A stretch of DNA of 64,000 nt, taken from positions 1,408,001 to 1,472,000 of the forward strand of contig OY970355.1 in assembly GCA_963718525.1 (NCBI GenBank). The letters are read 5' to 3'. The DNA is from Candidatus Dormiibacterota bacterium (GTDB lineage Bacteria > Chloroflexota > Dormibacteria > Aeolococcales > Aeolococcaceae). Below are positions 30,231 to 40,251 of this stretch, one piece after another. The notes beneath the pieces are model-generated. The model was not told where the DNA came from, ran no database searches, and was given only the letters and a program-made list of their open reading frames with translations. The position numbers were made by a program, and so were the translations under genes. Position 1 is the first letter of the stretch. Every line of letters begins with the position of its first letter.

Positions 30231-30671
30231 ATGACAGGGGGAGTGGTCAGTTCCATTGACGTTCAGGTCGAAGCTGACCGCCCCACTCGCGTGGCGAGGT
30301 TCTTTTCGAGGCAGATGACCATCGCTGCGTTCGTTGCTGTGATCGCGCTGATCTTCCACGTGACCGGATCGACAGGACCCGAGTCGGCGACCGCGAACAT
30401 GTCGGTCTTCGTCCTCGCGATCCTCATCGCGCAGGTCGCCATGCCGCACCGGCACCTTCGCCAGCTAATGACCTCACCGTCGCATACAACTCGGTCGGCC
30501 GCCAACGCCGAGCTCGCCACCACCTGGCAGCGGCGGCGAGATGACCCTCAGAGAGTGCGCTTCTGGGGATACACGGTCTCTCCCCTGGCGAGCATTGCCA
30601 CGAACTGGTTGATCCGTCGCGCGCGGGTTGCAGGCTGCTTGGCGTCGCTGATACGAAAGAGGATCGCGTAG
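30231..30671 (+). CDS. Possible small membrane protein (two hydrophobic segments)
   Basis: Segments IAAFVAVIALIF and VFVLAILIAQV. The 3' end overlaps the convergent gene by about 120 nt. Confidence 0.35.
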   Translation: MTGGVVSSIDVQVEADRPTRVARFFSRQMTIAAFVAVIALIFHVTGSTGPESATANMSVFVLAILIAQVAMPHRHLRQLMTSPSHTTRSAANAELATTWQRRRDDPQRVRFWGYTVSPLASIATNWLIRRARVAGCLASLIRKRIA

Positions 30672-31141
30672 CGGTTCTGACTGGTCAGGATCTCGAACAT
30701 CGCCCGCGCTCCGGGTTCCGCGTTGAGTGCCGCGGCGAGGTCGGGCGGCACCTCGCTGGACGCGGGGCCGGCATAGGCGGCATCCCAGCGTCCGTCGTGC
30801 TGGGCCCGGTGGACTTCCGCCTCGCCCGCGGGATGCATCCGCCCTTCCGAGCGAAGCCGACCGATGATCCCCACATTGCGTGATGACCACCGGCTCCGTG
30901 CCCGCCGCGGCGTGAATCGCTGCCGGTAGGTCGCCTGGTCGCCAGGCGCCGTCTGACCATCGATCCAGCCGTGACCGAGCGCCTCGTCGAGGGCCTGCGC
31001 GTAGGTGAGGCTCGTTGGTTGGGTGGTGCCCTTCTTGGCCAGCACGAGCCAGACGCCGGCGGGACTGGCGTGATGCTCGCCCAGCCAGCGCCGCCACGCT
31101 GCGGCATCGGGGACGATCAGCTCCGGGATGTCGTCTGCCAT
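30548..31141 (-). CDS. YdeI/OmpD-associated family protein
   Basis: WRRWL..HH, EAL.HGWIDG, FTPRRARSRWS..N, VPPDL, RARRI. Confidence 0.9.
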   Translation of the reverse strand: MADDIPELIVPDAAAWRRWLGEHHASPAGVWLVLAKKGTTQPTSLTYAQALDEALGHGWIDGQTAPGDQATYRQRFTPRRARSRWSSRNVGIIGRLRSEGRMHPAGEAEVHRAQHDGRWDAAYAGPASSEVPPDLAAALNAEPGARAMFEILTSQNRYAILFRISDAKQPATRARRINQFVAMLARGETVYPQKRTL

Positions 31142-31225
31142 CGGTCCAGCGTCGCAGATGGCGCGGGGAACAGCGCACCGGCGGACGGTACGATGGCCGC
31201 TCTGATGAACCGGTGCCGGTAGCAG

Positions 31226-32089
31226 ATGTCCCGCGACTGGCTGTTCGTTGACGGGTCCAGCCTCATCTTTCGCGCGTTCTACGGGGTTCCGAAGACGGTG
31301 AGGTCGCCCGACGGGCGTCTGATCAACGCCGCGCGAGGCTTCCTCGAGACGCTGACGCGGCTTATCGGCACCAGGCATCCGCGACGGCTTGCCGTCGCGA
31401 GCGACGCCGACTGGCGCCCGGACTGGCGGGTCGCACTGATCCCGGGATACAAGGCGCAACGCGTCGCGGAACCCATTCCACCCGCGCTCATCCCGCAGAT
31501 GCCGGTCATCGACGCGTTCCTCGCCGCCATCGGCATCGACGCCCTCGGGGTCACTGACTACGAGGCGGAGGACGTGATCGCAACCTGGACGGCGAAGACA
31601 ACCGGCACCGTCGAGATCGTCAGCGGCGACCGCGATCTCTTTGCGCTGATCGAGGATCCACGAGTCATCGTGCTCTATCCAGAAAAGGGTGCCTGGGCCG
31701 TGATCGACGAAGGCGAGGTCACGCGCCGATACGGGATTCCCGGGCGTCACTACGCGGACTTCGCGATGCTCCGAGGCGACCCGTCGGACGGGTTGCCGGG
31801 ATTGAAGGGCGTCGGCGCGATCGCCGCGGCATCGATGATTCGCCAGCACGGTGGGGTGCCGGCGATACTCGAGGCGCGGAGGCTCAACGAGCACGACCAG
31901 GAGTACCTGACCCGCGCGCTGCGCGTGGTTCCCCCGGTCGCGGACCTGGACATCGAGCTCCCTGCGGGCAACCGGGATCATTACCCCGCCGACCCGGCTG
32001 CGCTCAATGTGCTGATGTCCGAGCACGGACTGCAGGCGGCATCGAGCCGGCTCGTTGAAGCACTCAACGAACAGGTGAGCGAGCCCTGA
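31226..32089 (+). CDS. Stand-alone 5'-3' exonuclease/flap endonuclease
   Basis: VDGSSLIFRAFY, YKAQR, YEAEDVIAT, SGDRDL, GDPSDGLPG..GVG. Confidence 0.93.
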   Translation: MSRDWLFVDGSSLIFRAFYGVPKTVRSPDGRLINAARGFLETLTRLIGTRHPRRLAVASDADWRPDWRVALIPGYKAQRVAEPIPPALIPQMPVIDAFLAAIGIDALGVTDYEAEDVIATWTAKTTGTVEIVSGDRDLFALIEDPRVIVLYPEKGAWAVIDEGEVTRRYGIPGRHYADFAMLRGDPSDGLPGLKGVGAIAAASMIRQHGGVPAILEARRLNEHDQEYLTRALRVVPPVADLDIELPAGNRDHYPADPAALNVLMSEHGLQAASSRLVEALNEQVSEP

Positions 32090-32090
32090 G

Positions 32091-33296
32091 ATGACTCGCC
32101 TCCGCACCGACCGGGTGCTCCTCATCGGCATCGTCGTCGCGGTGGTCAGTCCGCCGATCCTGACCCTGGTGCTGGCGCGATTGCCGTCTTCCGAGGCCCG
32201 CGCATACGTCTTTCTCTATCTCGGCATCGTCGTGTCGCTGGGTCTGCTCACCGGACTCGTCCCGGCGATCGTTGCGGCCGCGATCTCGTCGGTGCTCGCC
32301 GACTACTTCTTCCTTCCGCCCGTCGACAGCCTGAGCCTCGCCAATCCGAGCGATGTGCTCTACCTGCTCATTTTCTTCGTGACTGGCGCCGCCGTCGGTG
32401 GTGTCGCGGCACTTCGGCGCCGGGCGATCGACGAGGCGCGCGAGCTGTCGCGAACGCTCGGCGCCGCCAACGCTGAACTCGAGCGGCTATATCGCGAGCA
32501 GGCGGCGTCAGCGCGCACCGCCATTCGGCTCGCCCAGACGCAGCAGCAGGTCTCAGCGCTTCGCGACGCCGACCGCATCCGACGCGAGCTCCTGCAGAAC
32601 GTCAGCCACGAGCTGCGCACCCCGCTGGCGAGCGTCCTGACAGGTGCGACGGTGCTCCTCGGACGGTCCGACCTCACCGAGGCTGTCCGCGGGGGCCTGA
32701 CCGGCATCGTCACGCAGTCACGGAGGCTCGATCGCCTGGTGGGTGACATGCTCGACCTGGCCCGCATCGAGGGTCACGCGCTCGAGCTGCACCTCGAACC
32801 AGTCGATGTCGTTGCCGCAGCCGAGGCCGCCGCTGCCCGCCTGATACAGACGCGTCCATCGCGGGGCGTCCGTGTGGTCGGGGAGCGGGGATCCCTGGAG
32901 GCGCTGGCCGACTGGGAGCGGCTCGGACAGGTGCTGGACAACCTGCTCGTCAACGCTGACCGCTATGCGCCGGTGACCTCGCCGATCGAGATTCGGGTCG
33001 CTCCCGGTGCCCGGGGAACCGTCCTGACCCGAGTGATCGACCACGGTCCCGGCGTCCCCGCGAACATGAGGGAGCGCATCTTCGAGCGCTTCGTCCGCGA
33101 TGAGGACGCCAGTGCCGAGGGCACGGGCCTTGGCCTTGCGATCGTGCGCGGGATCATCGAGGCGCACGCCGGTCGCGTCTGGCTGGACGACCCGGAGAGC
33201 GCCGGCGGCGCTGTGTTCGCCTTCACTCTGCCAGCCGCCCCGGTCGAGCAGGCACAGCCCGAGACCGCCGTCACCGGACCCGCAGTCGCGTCCTAA
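32091..33296 (+). CDS. Membrane histidine kinase with KdpD-type 4TM (DUF4118) domain
   Basis: Four TM segments with DYFFLPP..SL, H-box VSHELRTPL, NLLVNA, DHGPGV, GTGLGL. No KdpD N-terminal or Usp domain. Confidence 0.9.
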   Translation: MTRLRTDRVLLIGIVVAVVSPPILTLVLARLPSSEARAYVFLYLGIVVSLGLLTGLVPAIVAAAISSVLADYFFLPPVDSLSLANPSDVLYLLIFFVTGAAVGGVAALRRRAIDEARELSRTLGAANAELERLYREQAASARTAIRLAQTQQQVSALRDADRIRRELLQNVSHELRTPLASVLTGATVLLGRSDLTEAVRGGLTGIVTQSRRLDRLVGDMLDLARIEGHALELHLEPVDVVAAAEAAAARLIQTRPSRGVRVVGERGSLEALADWERLGQVLDNLLVNADRYAPVTSPIEIRVAPGARGTVLTRVIDHGPGVPANMRERIFERFVRDEDASAEGTGLGLAIVRGIIEAHAGRVWLDDPESAGGAVFAFTLPAAPVEQAQPETAVTGPAVAS

Positions 33297-35509
33297 ACGG
33301 CCGCGCTCTCGTGGGGGTTTGGGAGCACGTGAACGTCCACGTCGGTGAGCAGCTCGATGAGCTTGCGCAGCGTCCCGCGACGTCCGCGGCCGCGCGTGAC
33401 CACGATCTCGGTGGCCAGAATCTTGCGCGCGTAGTGCGTGAGGGCGCTCGCCGGGTCCCGCTCGTAGAGGGTCACGAACGTCCCGTCTGCCTGGTGGGTG
33501 AGAGCGGCATAGGCACCGAGGAGTTGCATCTCCTGCTCAGAGCGCTTGCGGTCACGAACCGTGACGGCGGTCATCTTGCCGTCCAGCCGGGCAGCGAGCG
33601 CGGCGGTGCTGGCAATGACGTCCTCCATGCCGGGACGAGGCGGCACGCACAGCATGACCCGCGGCTTCACCTCCCAAGGCGTCTCGATCCCGCGGTCGCG
33701 CATGTACGCGACCAGGCGGCGATCCGTGTGCTCGGCGAGGATGCGGAAGGCGAGCTCGCGGAGGGACGCGAGGATCTCGGGTCGGAAGGCGAGGGAGCGA
33801 GCCTGCGCGGCCTCGCTCGCCGGAACGATCTCACCGCGGCGGAGGCGTTCATCAAGGAGGGACGGCGTGATGTCGACGATCTCGAGCTCCGTCACCTGGT
33901 CGAGGAACGCGTCATCGACAACGTGCTCTGGGCGCGCCCCGAGCATCGCGCCCATGCCCTCAACCGTGCTGCGGAGATCGGTGAGATGCAGCGTCGCGAT
34001 CAGCATCATCCCCGCCCGCAGCAGACGTGGCACCGCCTCGGTGATCGGCCGCCCCTGCGTGTCAACTCCCGCCAGATCGTCGAGGCATGCGACCTCCGGG
34101 TTGCGGCGGAGCAGCGCTTCAACGTCGACAATCCCGTCGCGAGCGGGCGAGCTCCGGCCGCCGAGCATCTCGAGGTCGCCGAGCGCAAGCTCGCAGCGGT
34201 TGCGCCCATCCGTCTTCACCGCGGCAACGACGACATCCGTGCCGCGCTGCTGGCGACGATTCGCCTCATCGAGCATCGCCACCGTTGTGCCGCAGCCGCG
34301 GGCATATCCGAGGTAGACGCGCAGCCCGGAGCGGCTCGCGCTGGCGTGCAGCGCGCGGAGGAGCATGTCCGAGTCGGGGCGCTGGTCGCTGGCGAATGGA
34401 ACGTCGCGGCTGACCGGAGCAGGACGGGCAACGACGTGCACGCTCACGTCCGGCAGCTCGGCGATCAACCGGTCCACGAGCCCGCGTCGGAGACGGCCGC
34501 GCACTCCGGCATGGGCCGCCTCACCGACAACGACGTGCTGTACGGCGAGCTCCTGCGCGACGCCGATCACAGCATCGGCGACCTTGCCCTCGCGCTCGAG
34601 GAACCCGCACTGCAGGAGTTCGGCCAGCTCCCTTGCCTTGGTTCGGCCGCGCTCCGTCTCCTCATCGTGCCGCCCCGACACGACGAGCACCGTGCAGAAT
34701 CCGCCGAAGCGCCGCGCGAGGCGGCTGGCACGCCGGATCAGCGGGCCGCTGCTCTGACGGCCGCTGACGGCGACGAGCACGGATTGCGGAGCTGGGCGGA
34801 CGGCGCCCCGCGCGCGACCGACGGTCTGCGCCACCAGTCGAAGCGCGATCTCGCGGAGCGCTGCGAGATTTCCCGGCCGGAAGAAATTCGCGAGCGCCGT
34901 GTCGATCTTCTCCGGTGCGTAGATGTTGCCGTGACGCATGCGCTTTCGCAGCGCCTCGGGGGAGATGTCGATGAACTGGATCTCGTCAGCATTGTCGAGA
35001 ACCTGGTCGGGCAGGGTCTCGCGAACCGGTATGCCGGTGATCCGCTCGGCGAGGTCCTTGACGGACTCGAGGTGCTGCACGTTGACGGTGGTGACCACGT
35101 CGATCCCGGCGTCGAGAATCTCCTCGACGTCCTCGTAGCGCTTGGCGTGGCGAACGCCGGGCACGTTGGTGTGAGCGAGCTCATCGATGAGCACGACCTG
35201 GGGGCGGCGCGCGAGGATCGCGTCAAGGTCCATCTCCTCCATGAGCTTCCCGTGGTACTCGGCCTTGAGCCGCGGGACGACCTCGAGGCTGCCGATGGCC
35301 TGCTCGGTGAGCTTGCGCCCGTGGGTTTCCACGTATCCCACGACGACGTCCTCACCCTGGGAGCGGCGGTCGTGAGCTTCACGGAGCATCGCGAAGGTCT
35401 TGCCGCTCCCTGGCGTGGCCCCGAGGAACACGCGCAGATGGCCGCGCCCCGTCTTTGCCGGGGCCGCCATGGTATCGGTCGCGAGCGTGCCGGTCATCTG
35501 ACTAATCAT
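33293..35509 (-). CDS. kdpD: Cytoplasmic KdpD-like sensor without kinase domain: tandem (KdpD N-terminal domain + Usp) x2
   Basis: Repeat 1: RGHLRVFLGATPGSGKT, ETHGR, DELAHTN, NVQHLES, ALRE, then Usp. Repeat 2: LRVYLGYARGCGTT, DDLAG, SLRELA, then Usp. Confidence 0.88.
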   Translation of the reverse strand: MISQMTGTLATDTMAAPAKTGRGHLRVFLGATPGSGKTFAMLREAHDRRSQGEDVVVGYVETHGRKLTEQAIGSLEVVPRLKAEYHGKLMEEMDLDAILARRPQVVLIDELAHTNVPGVRHAKRYEDVEEILDAGIDVVTTVNVQHLESVKDLAERITGIPVRETLPDQVLDNADEIQFIDISPEALRKRMRHGNIYAPEKIDTALANFFRPGNLAALREIALRLVAQTVGRARGAVRPAPQSVLVAVSGRQSSGPLIRRASRLARRFGGFCTVLVVSGRHDEETERGRTKARELAELLQCGFLEREGKVADAVIGVAQELAVQHVVVGEAAHAGVRGRLRRGLVDRLIAELPDVSVHVVARPAPVSRDVPFASDQRPDSDMLLRALHASASRSGLRVYLGYARGCGTTVAMLDEANRRQQRGTDVVVAAVKTDGRNRCELALGDLEMLGGRSSPARDGIVDVEALLRRNPEVACLDDLAGVDTQGRPITEAVPRLLRAGMMLIATLHLTDLRSTVEGMGAMLGARPEHVVDDAFLDQVTELEIVDITPSLLDERLRRGEIVPASEAAQARSLAFRPEILASLRELAFRILAEHTDRRLVAYMRDRGIETPWEVKPRVMLCVPPRPGMEDVIASTAALAARLDGKMTAVTVRDRKRSEQEMQLLGAYAALTHQADGTFVTLYERDPASALTHYARKILATEIVVTRGRGRRGTLRKLIELLTDVDVHVLPNPHESAAV

Positions 35510-35536
35510 GCGCGCGCCGGCAGCCCCCTAAACGCG

Positions 35537-36184
35537 TTACCCGCTCAGACTGGCCTGCTGGGCGTCGAGCGCGAGGTTGAGCTTGAGGACGTTGACCACC
35601 GGTTCGCCGAAGATCCAGAGGATGCGGCCTTGCAGCTGCGATTCAACGAGCGCCTGGACCTTGGTGGCGCTGAGGCCACGGGCACCTGCCACCATGTTCA
35701 CCTGGGCGAGCGCGGCGGCCTCACTGATGTCAGGGTCGAAGCCCGTGAAATCGGAGGTGACGAGGTCGATCGGGATGGGGGTGGAGACGCCGGCCGCGGT
35801 GTAGGCGGCGACGGCCGCCTTCGTGTTCTCCAGCAACAGAGAGTTGGACGCCCCGTAGTTGCTACCCGTGGAGTTCGCCGCGTTGCAGGGCTGCAGGACG
35901 CCGGTGCTGGCGTTGGTCGTGTACGAGAGGCGTCCCTGGAAGTACTTGGTGTTGATAGTGATCTTCAAGCTCCCGTCCTTGGCAAGGGTCTCCTGCGGGC
36001 AACTCTGTCCGATCATCGTGGACCCGACGACCTTGCCGTTGACCGTGATCAGGCTGCCGTTGGCATTGCTGTTGAACGCGACCTGCGAGATGCCGGTGAT
36101 CACGAACGTGTATACCAGCGCGAGCGCGGCGACGAAGACGGTGAGCCGGAGGCCGATCAGGAGTTGCTTGGGAAGGTTGCGCAT
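35537..36184 (-). CDS. kdpC: K+-transporting ATPase subunit C
   Basis: N-terminal TM, ANGSLI, IGQ, YFQGR, SNYG, DLVT, DPDIS, GEPVVNVLKLNLALD. Confidence 0.95.
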   Translation of the reverse strand: MRNLPKQLLIGLRLTVFVAALALVYTFVITGISQVAFNSNANGSLITVNGKVVGSTMIGQSCPQETLAKDGSLKITINTKYFQGRLSYTTNASTGVLQPCNAANSTGSNYGASNSLLLENTKAAVAAYTAAGVSTPIPIDLVTSDFTGFDPDISEAAALAQVNMVAGARGLSATKVQALVESQLQGRILWIFGEPVVNVLKLNLALDAQQASLSG

Positions 36185-36194
36185 GGTGTGTCGC

Positions 36195-38255
36195 CTAGAC
36201 CAGGTGAGCTGCGGTGATGATCAGGTCGATGATCTTGATGCCGATGAAGGGCGCGATGATGCCGCCCAGACCGTAGATGAGCAGGTTGCGGCGCAGCAGC
36301 GCCGCAGCGCCGACGGCGCGGAAACGCACGCCGCGAAGCGCGAGCGGGACGAGCGCGATGATGATGAGCGCGTTGAAGATGACGGCGCTGAGAATCGCGC
36401 TGTGCGCCGAATGCAAACCCATGACGTTGAGCACCGACAATGGCTTGAGTGCCGCGTACGCAGTGAACATGGCCGGGATGATCGCGAAGTATTTGGCGAC
36501 GTCGTTGGCGATGCTGAAGGTTGTGAGCGCGCCGCGTGTGATCAGCATCTGCTTGCCGGTCTCAACGATCTCGATGAGCTTGGTCGGATCACTGTCGAGA
36601 TCGACGAGGTTGCCAGCCTCCTTGGCGGCTTGGGTGCCACTGTTCATGGCGACGCCGACGTCAGCCTGCGCCAGCGCCGGAGCGTCGTTGGTGCCGTCAC
36701 CGGTCATGGCGACGAGCTTGCCGCCGGCCTGCTCCTGACGGATGAGGTCGAGCTTGTTCTCCGGGGTCGCCTGCGCAAGGAAGTCGTCGACGCCTGCTTC
36801 GGCGGCGATGGCCGCCGCGGTCAGGGGGTTGTCCCCGGTGATCATCACGGTGCGAAGTCCCATGCGACGCAGCTCCGCGAACCGTTCGGCGATGCCCGGC
36901 TTGACGATGTCCTTCAGGTGGATCGTCCCCAGAACGACGCGGTTCTCGGCGACGAGCAGCGGTGTCCCACCACTGCGGGCAATCACCTCGACCTGGGCGT
37001 TGACCTCGGTCGACACCGCGTTGCCGCCGGCCCATTTGTCGATGGAGTCACCGGCACCCTTGCGGATGCTGTCGCTCGCCCGGTCAACGCCGCTCATCCG
37101 GGTTTCTGCCGTGAACGGCACGAACGTCCAGGGATCACCGGCGGCCTCTTCCGGGGCGCCGAAGCGCCGTGCCAGCGCGACGATCGAGCGGCCTTCGGGG
37201 GTCTCGTCGGCGCGGCTGGCCAGGTCGGCCGCCTGCACGAGCCGCTCCATCTTGATGCCGGGCGCAGGCAGGAACTCCGTCGCCTGACGGTTGCCGAGGG
37301 TGATGGTGCCGGTCTTGTCGAGCAGCAGGGTGTCGACGTCGCCTGCGGCCTCGACGGCGCGTCCCGACATGGCGAGGACGTTCTTCTGCAGCAGGCGGTC
37401 GATACCCGCGATGCCGATGGCGCTCAGCAGCCCACCGATCGTGGTGGGAATCAGGCAGACGAGCAGGGCGATCAGGACCGTCACTTCGATCGAAGCGCCG
37501 GAGTAGATGGCGTACGGCTGGAGGGTCACCACCGCGATGAGGAAGATGAGAGTCAAGCTGGCGAGCAGGATGTTGAGGGCGATCTCGTTGGGCGTCTTCT
37601 GACGTGAGGCGCTCTCGACCAGCGAGATCATGCGATCGAGGAACGTCTCTCCCGGGTTCTGCGTGATCTCGATGACGATGCGATCGCTCAGGACGCGCGT
37701 GCCACCCGTGACGGCACTCCGGTCGCCGCCGGCCTCGCGAATGACTGGTGCGGATTCACCTGTGATCGCCGACTCATCGACGCTGGCGATGCCATCGACG
37801 ATCGTGCCGTCGCTCGGGATCACGTCGCCCGCCTCGCACACGACGATGTCACCCTTGCGCAGCTCGATCGCGGGCACGGGAGTCTCCGTTCCGCCGATAC
37901 CACCCTGCAGCTTGCGGGCGATCGTCTCCGTCCGCGTGCGGCGCAGCGCCTGCGCCTGCGCCTTGCCGCGGCCCTCAGCGATGGCTTCGGCGAAGTTCGC
38001 GAAGAGCACGGTGAACCAGAGCCAGAGTGCGATTTGCCCGACGAAGCTTGTGTCGGTCGCACCTCCGAAGATGTCCGCGATGAACACATACGTCGTCATC
38101 ACGGCGCCGATCTCCACGATGAACATCACGGGGTTGCGCACCATCACGCGCGGATTGAGCTTGACGAAGCTCTGACCGATGGCTGGGAGGAGCAGCTCTG
38201 GATCAGTGACGCTGCTGCGCCGGCGCTTGGGGTTGCGTACCGCTGCGAGAGCCAT
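36195..38255 (-). CDS. kdpB: K+-transporting ATPase subunit B
   Basis: [32 protein letters not shown]. Confidence 0.98.
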   Translation of the reverse strand: MALAAVRNPKRRRSSVTDPELLLPAIGQSFVKLNPRVMVRNPVMFIVEIGAVMTTYVFIADIFGGATDTSFVGQIALWLWFTVLFANFAEAIAEGRGKAQAQALRRTRTETIARKLQGGIGGTETPVPAIELRKGDIVVCEAGDVIPSDGTIVDGIASVDESAITGESAPVIREAGGDRSAVTGGTRVLSDRIVIEITQNPGETFLDRMISLVESASRQKTPNEIALNILLASLTLIFLIAVVTLQPYAIYSGASIEVTVLIALLVCLIPTTIGGLLSAIGIAGIDRLLQKNVLAMSGRAVEAAGDVDTLLLDKTGTITLGNRQATEFLPAPGIKMERLVQAADLASRADETPEGRSIVALARRFGAPEEAAGDPWTFVPFTAETRMSGVDRASDSIRKGAGDSIDKWAGGNAVSTEVNAQVEVIARSGGTPLLVAENRVVLGTIHLKDIVKPGIAERFAELRRMGLRTVMITGDNPLTAAAIAAEAGVDDFLAQATPENKLDLIRQEQAGGKLVAMTGDGTNDAPALAQADVGVAMNSGTQAAKEAGNLVDLDSDPTKLIEIVETGKQMLITRGALTTFSIANDVAKYFAIIPAMFTAYAALKPLSVLNVMGLHSAHSAILSAVIFNALIIIALVPLALRGVRFRAVGAAALLRRNLLIYGLGGIIAPFIGIKIIDLIITAAHLV

Positions 38256-38257
38256 GG

Positions 38258-39982
38258 TCAGTGCACCGTGATGAGCTTGAAGTGCTCGAGAATCGGCCCG
38301 AGCGAGACAGCCGGGAAGAAGGTGAGGGCGGCGACGATGATGATCGTCCCGATCAGCAATGCGACGAAGAGCGGACCGTCAGTTGGGAAGGTACCCGCGC
38401 TTGCCGGCACGATCTTCTTCTTGACGAGGCTGCCGGCCAGCGCCATCACGGGGATCAAGAACAGGAACCGCCCCGTCCACATCGCGCCGGCGAGCATCAG
38501 GTTGTAGAAGACGGTGTTGCCCGAAAGACCGGCAAACGCGCTGCCGTTGTTGCCGGTCGTGGATGCGAACGCATAGAGGATCTCCGTCAGCATGTGCGGC
38601 GTTCCCTGCGTTGCGATCGGTCCAGCCTGACCTCCCGCGGTGAGCACGGCGATCGCCGAGAAACCGAGGATCGACGCCGGCAGGATCAGAAGCGCCAGGG
38701 CCGCGAACTTGACGTCGCGCCCCTCGATCTTCTTGCCGATGTATTCGGGCGTCCGGCCGACCATCAAACCGGCGATGAACACCGCGACAATCGCGAAGAC
38801 GACCATGCCGTAGAGGCCCGAGCCGACGTCCCCCGGAGTGATCTCTCCGAGCTTGATGAGCACGAGTGGCACCAAGCCTCCGATGGGCGTGAGGCTGTCC
38901 TGCGACGCGTCGACCGACCCAGTGCTGGTACCGGTCGTGGCCGTGTTGTACAGCGCCGACTGGACCGGTCCGTTGCGGACTTCCTTGCCCTCCATGTTCC
39001 CGCCCTCGGACTGGCTCGTGGCGAGTTGCGTGGCGCCCGTGCCAACAAGCGCCGGGTTGCCCTGCTGCTCCTGCCAAGCGACCACCCCGAATCCCGCGAT
39101 GAGGATGATCCCCATGACCGCGCCGAGCGCGATCCCTTGCTTGACCTTGCCCACCCACTTCCCGAAGGTGATGGCCAATCCGAAGGGGATCAGCAGGCAG
39201 ATGAAGATCTCCAGCGAGTTCGTGAAGCCGTTGGGATTCTCGAACGGATGGGCGGCATTCGCGTTGAAGTAACCTCCGCCGTTGGTGCCGAGGTCCTTGA
39301 TCGCCTCCATCGACGCCACCGGCCCCTGTGCGATCGTCTGCAGGCCGTTGGTGAGCGTGTGCACCACCGAGTAGTTGCTGAAGTTCTGGATCGCGCCGTT
39401 TGCGACCAGCACGAGTGCCAGAACCACGCTGATCGGGAGCAGGATGTACAGGATCCCACGCACCATGTCCGCCCAGAAGTTGCCGAGCGTACTCATGGTT
39501 CGCCGGGCGATCGCGCGGATGATCACGATCGCCACCGCCATGCCCATCGCCGCACTGAGGAACTGGTGGAGCACAAGACCGACGATCTGCGAGAAGTAAC
39601 TCATGGTCGCTTCGCCGGCGTAGTTCTGCCAGTTGGTGTTGGTGGCGAAGCTCATCGCGGTGTTGAACGCGAGTGTTGGTGCAACGCCGGGGAGGTTCGC
39701 CGGATTGAACGGCAGGTGGTCCTGGAAACGGAGCACCAGATACGTGAAGCCGATGCTCATGAAGGTCACGGCCATGATCGATACGAGATACGCGACCCAG
39801 CCCTGTTCGTGGCTCTCGTCAACGCCGATGAGGCGGTAGGTAACACGTTCAACCGGGCGGATGAGCGGGCTCAGCCAGACGCGCTCACCCTTGTACACCT
39901 TGACCATGTAGCCGCCGATGAACCACGCGCCGACGCCGACCGCGGCGTACGTGACCACCGCGGCAATGATGTCGAGGACCAT
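38258..39982 (-). CDS. kdpA: K+-transporting ATPase subunit A
   Basis: [34 protein letters not shown]. Confidence 0.98.
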   Translation of the reverse strand: MVLDIIAAVVTYAAVGVGAWFIGGYMVKVYKGERVWLSPLIRPVERVTYRLIGVDESHEQGWVAYLVSIMAVTFMSIGFTYLVLRFQDHLPFNPANLPGVAPTLAFNTAMSFATNTNWQNYAGEATMSYFSQIVGLVLHQFLSAAMGMAVAIVIIRAIARRTMSTLGNFWADMVRGILYILLPISVVLALVLVANGAIQNFSNYSVVHTLTNGLQTIAQGPVASMEAIKDLGTNGGGYFNANAAHPFENPNGFTNSLEIFICLLIPFGLAITFGKWVGKVKQGIALGAVMGIILIAGFGVVAWQEQQGNPALVGTGATQLATSQSEGGNMEGKEVRNGPVQSALYNTATTGTSTGSVDASQDSLTPIGGLVPLVLIKLGEITPGDVGSGLYGMVVFAIVAVFIAGLMVGRTPEYIGKKIEGRDVKFAALALLILPASILGFSAIAVLTAGGQAGPIATQGTPHMLTEILYAFASTTGNNGSAFAGLSGNTVFYNLMLAGAMWTGRFLFLIPVMALAGSLVKKKIVPASAGTFPTDGPLFVALLIGTIIIVAALTFFPAVSLGPILEHFKLITVH

Positions 39983-40071
39983 CAGAAGCGCTCAGGAGCG
40001 ATGAGCGCGACGAGGAGGTAGATCCCCGCAATCAACGCAATGATCGCGGACACGATGTACCCAGTGAGCAC
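39982..40071 (-). CDS. kdpF: KdpF peptide (29 aa, MLTGYIVSAIIALIAGIYLLVALIAPERF)
   Basis: Hand translation. YL..AL..PERF signature. TGATG overlap with kdpA. SD GGAGG upstream. Confidence 0.9.
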   Translation of the reverse strand: MLTGYIVSAIIALIAGIYLLVALIAPERF

Positions 40072-40072
40072 G

Positions 40073-40159
40073 TCAGATCCTCCCCAGCCCGGCGGCCAGA
40101 AGATACGCCGCGACGAGCATCCCGGCGAAACAGAGCACAACCAGCAGGTCGAGTGGCAC
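40073..40159 (-). CDS. Second small hydrophobic kdp peptide (28 aa, MPLDLLVVLCFAGMLVAAYLLAAGLGRI)
   Basis: Hand translation. Single TM. Its stop lies 1 nt before the kdpF start. Confidence 0.7.
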   Translation of the reverse strand: MPLDLLVVLCFAGMLVAAYLLAAGLGRI

Positions 40160-40180
40160 GGGACGAGTATCGAATCGGCT

Positions 40181-40210
40181 GCGTCAACGCTGCGTCAACG
40201 AAGGGTCAAC
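40181..40210 (-). promoter_or_regulatory. Putative KdpE binding site: three GTTGAC direct repeats at 11-bp spacing
   Basis: GTCAAC at 40183, 40194 and 40205 on the plus strand. A -10-like GATACT lies 6 nt before GTG 40159. Confidence 0.65.
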
Positions 40211-40251
40211 CTGGTCCCGCCGCCCGCTACCGAGTTCGCACCCTGTGCGAC

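Noticed and set aside
30263-30523. 86-aa minus-strand ORF downstream of the YdeI gene
   Set aside because: No SD or recognisable features. The opposite-strand ORF with two TM segments is the more plausible reading.
19515-32089. HD dNTPase, dCMP deaminase, ligase and exonuclease as an anti-phage nucleotide-depletion system
   Set aside because: The genes are dispersed, differently oriented and look like ordinary housekeeping families. The deaminase lacks the kinase-like fusion of defensive dCTP deaminases.
33311-40021. Very long plus-strand ORFs (968, 582 and 586 aa) opposite the kdp genes
   Set aside because: Antisense shadow ORFs expected from high GC3 codon bias. No motifs, and the minus-strand genes are clearly real.
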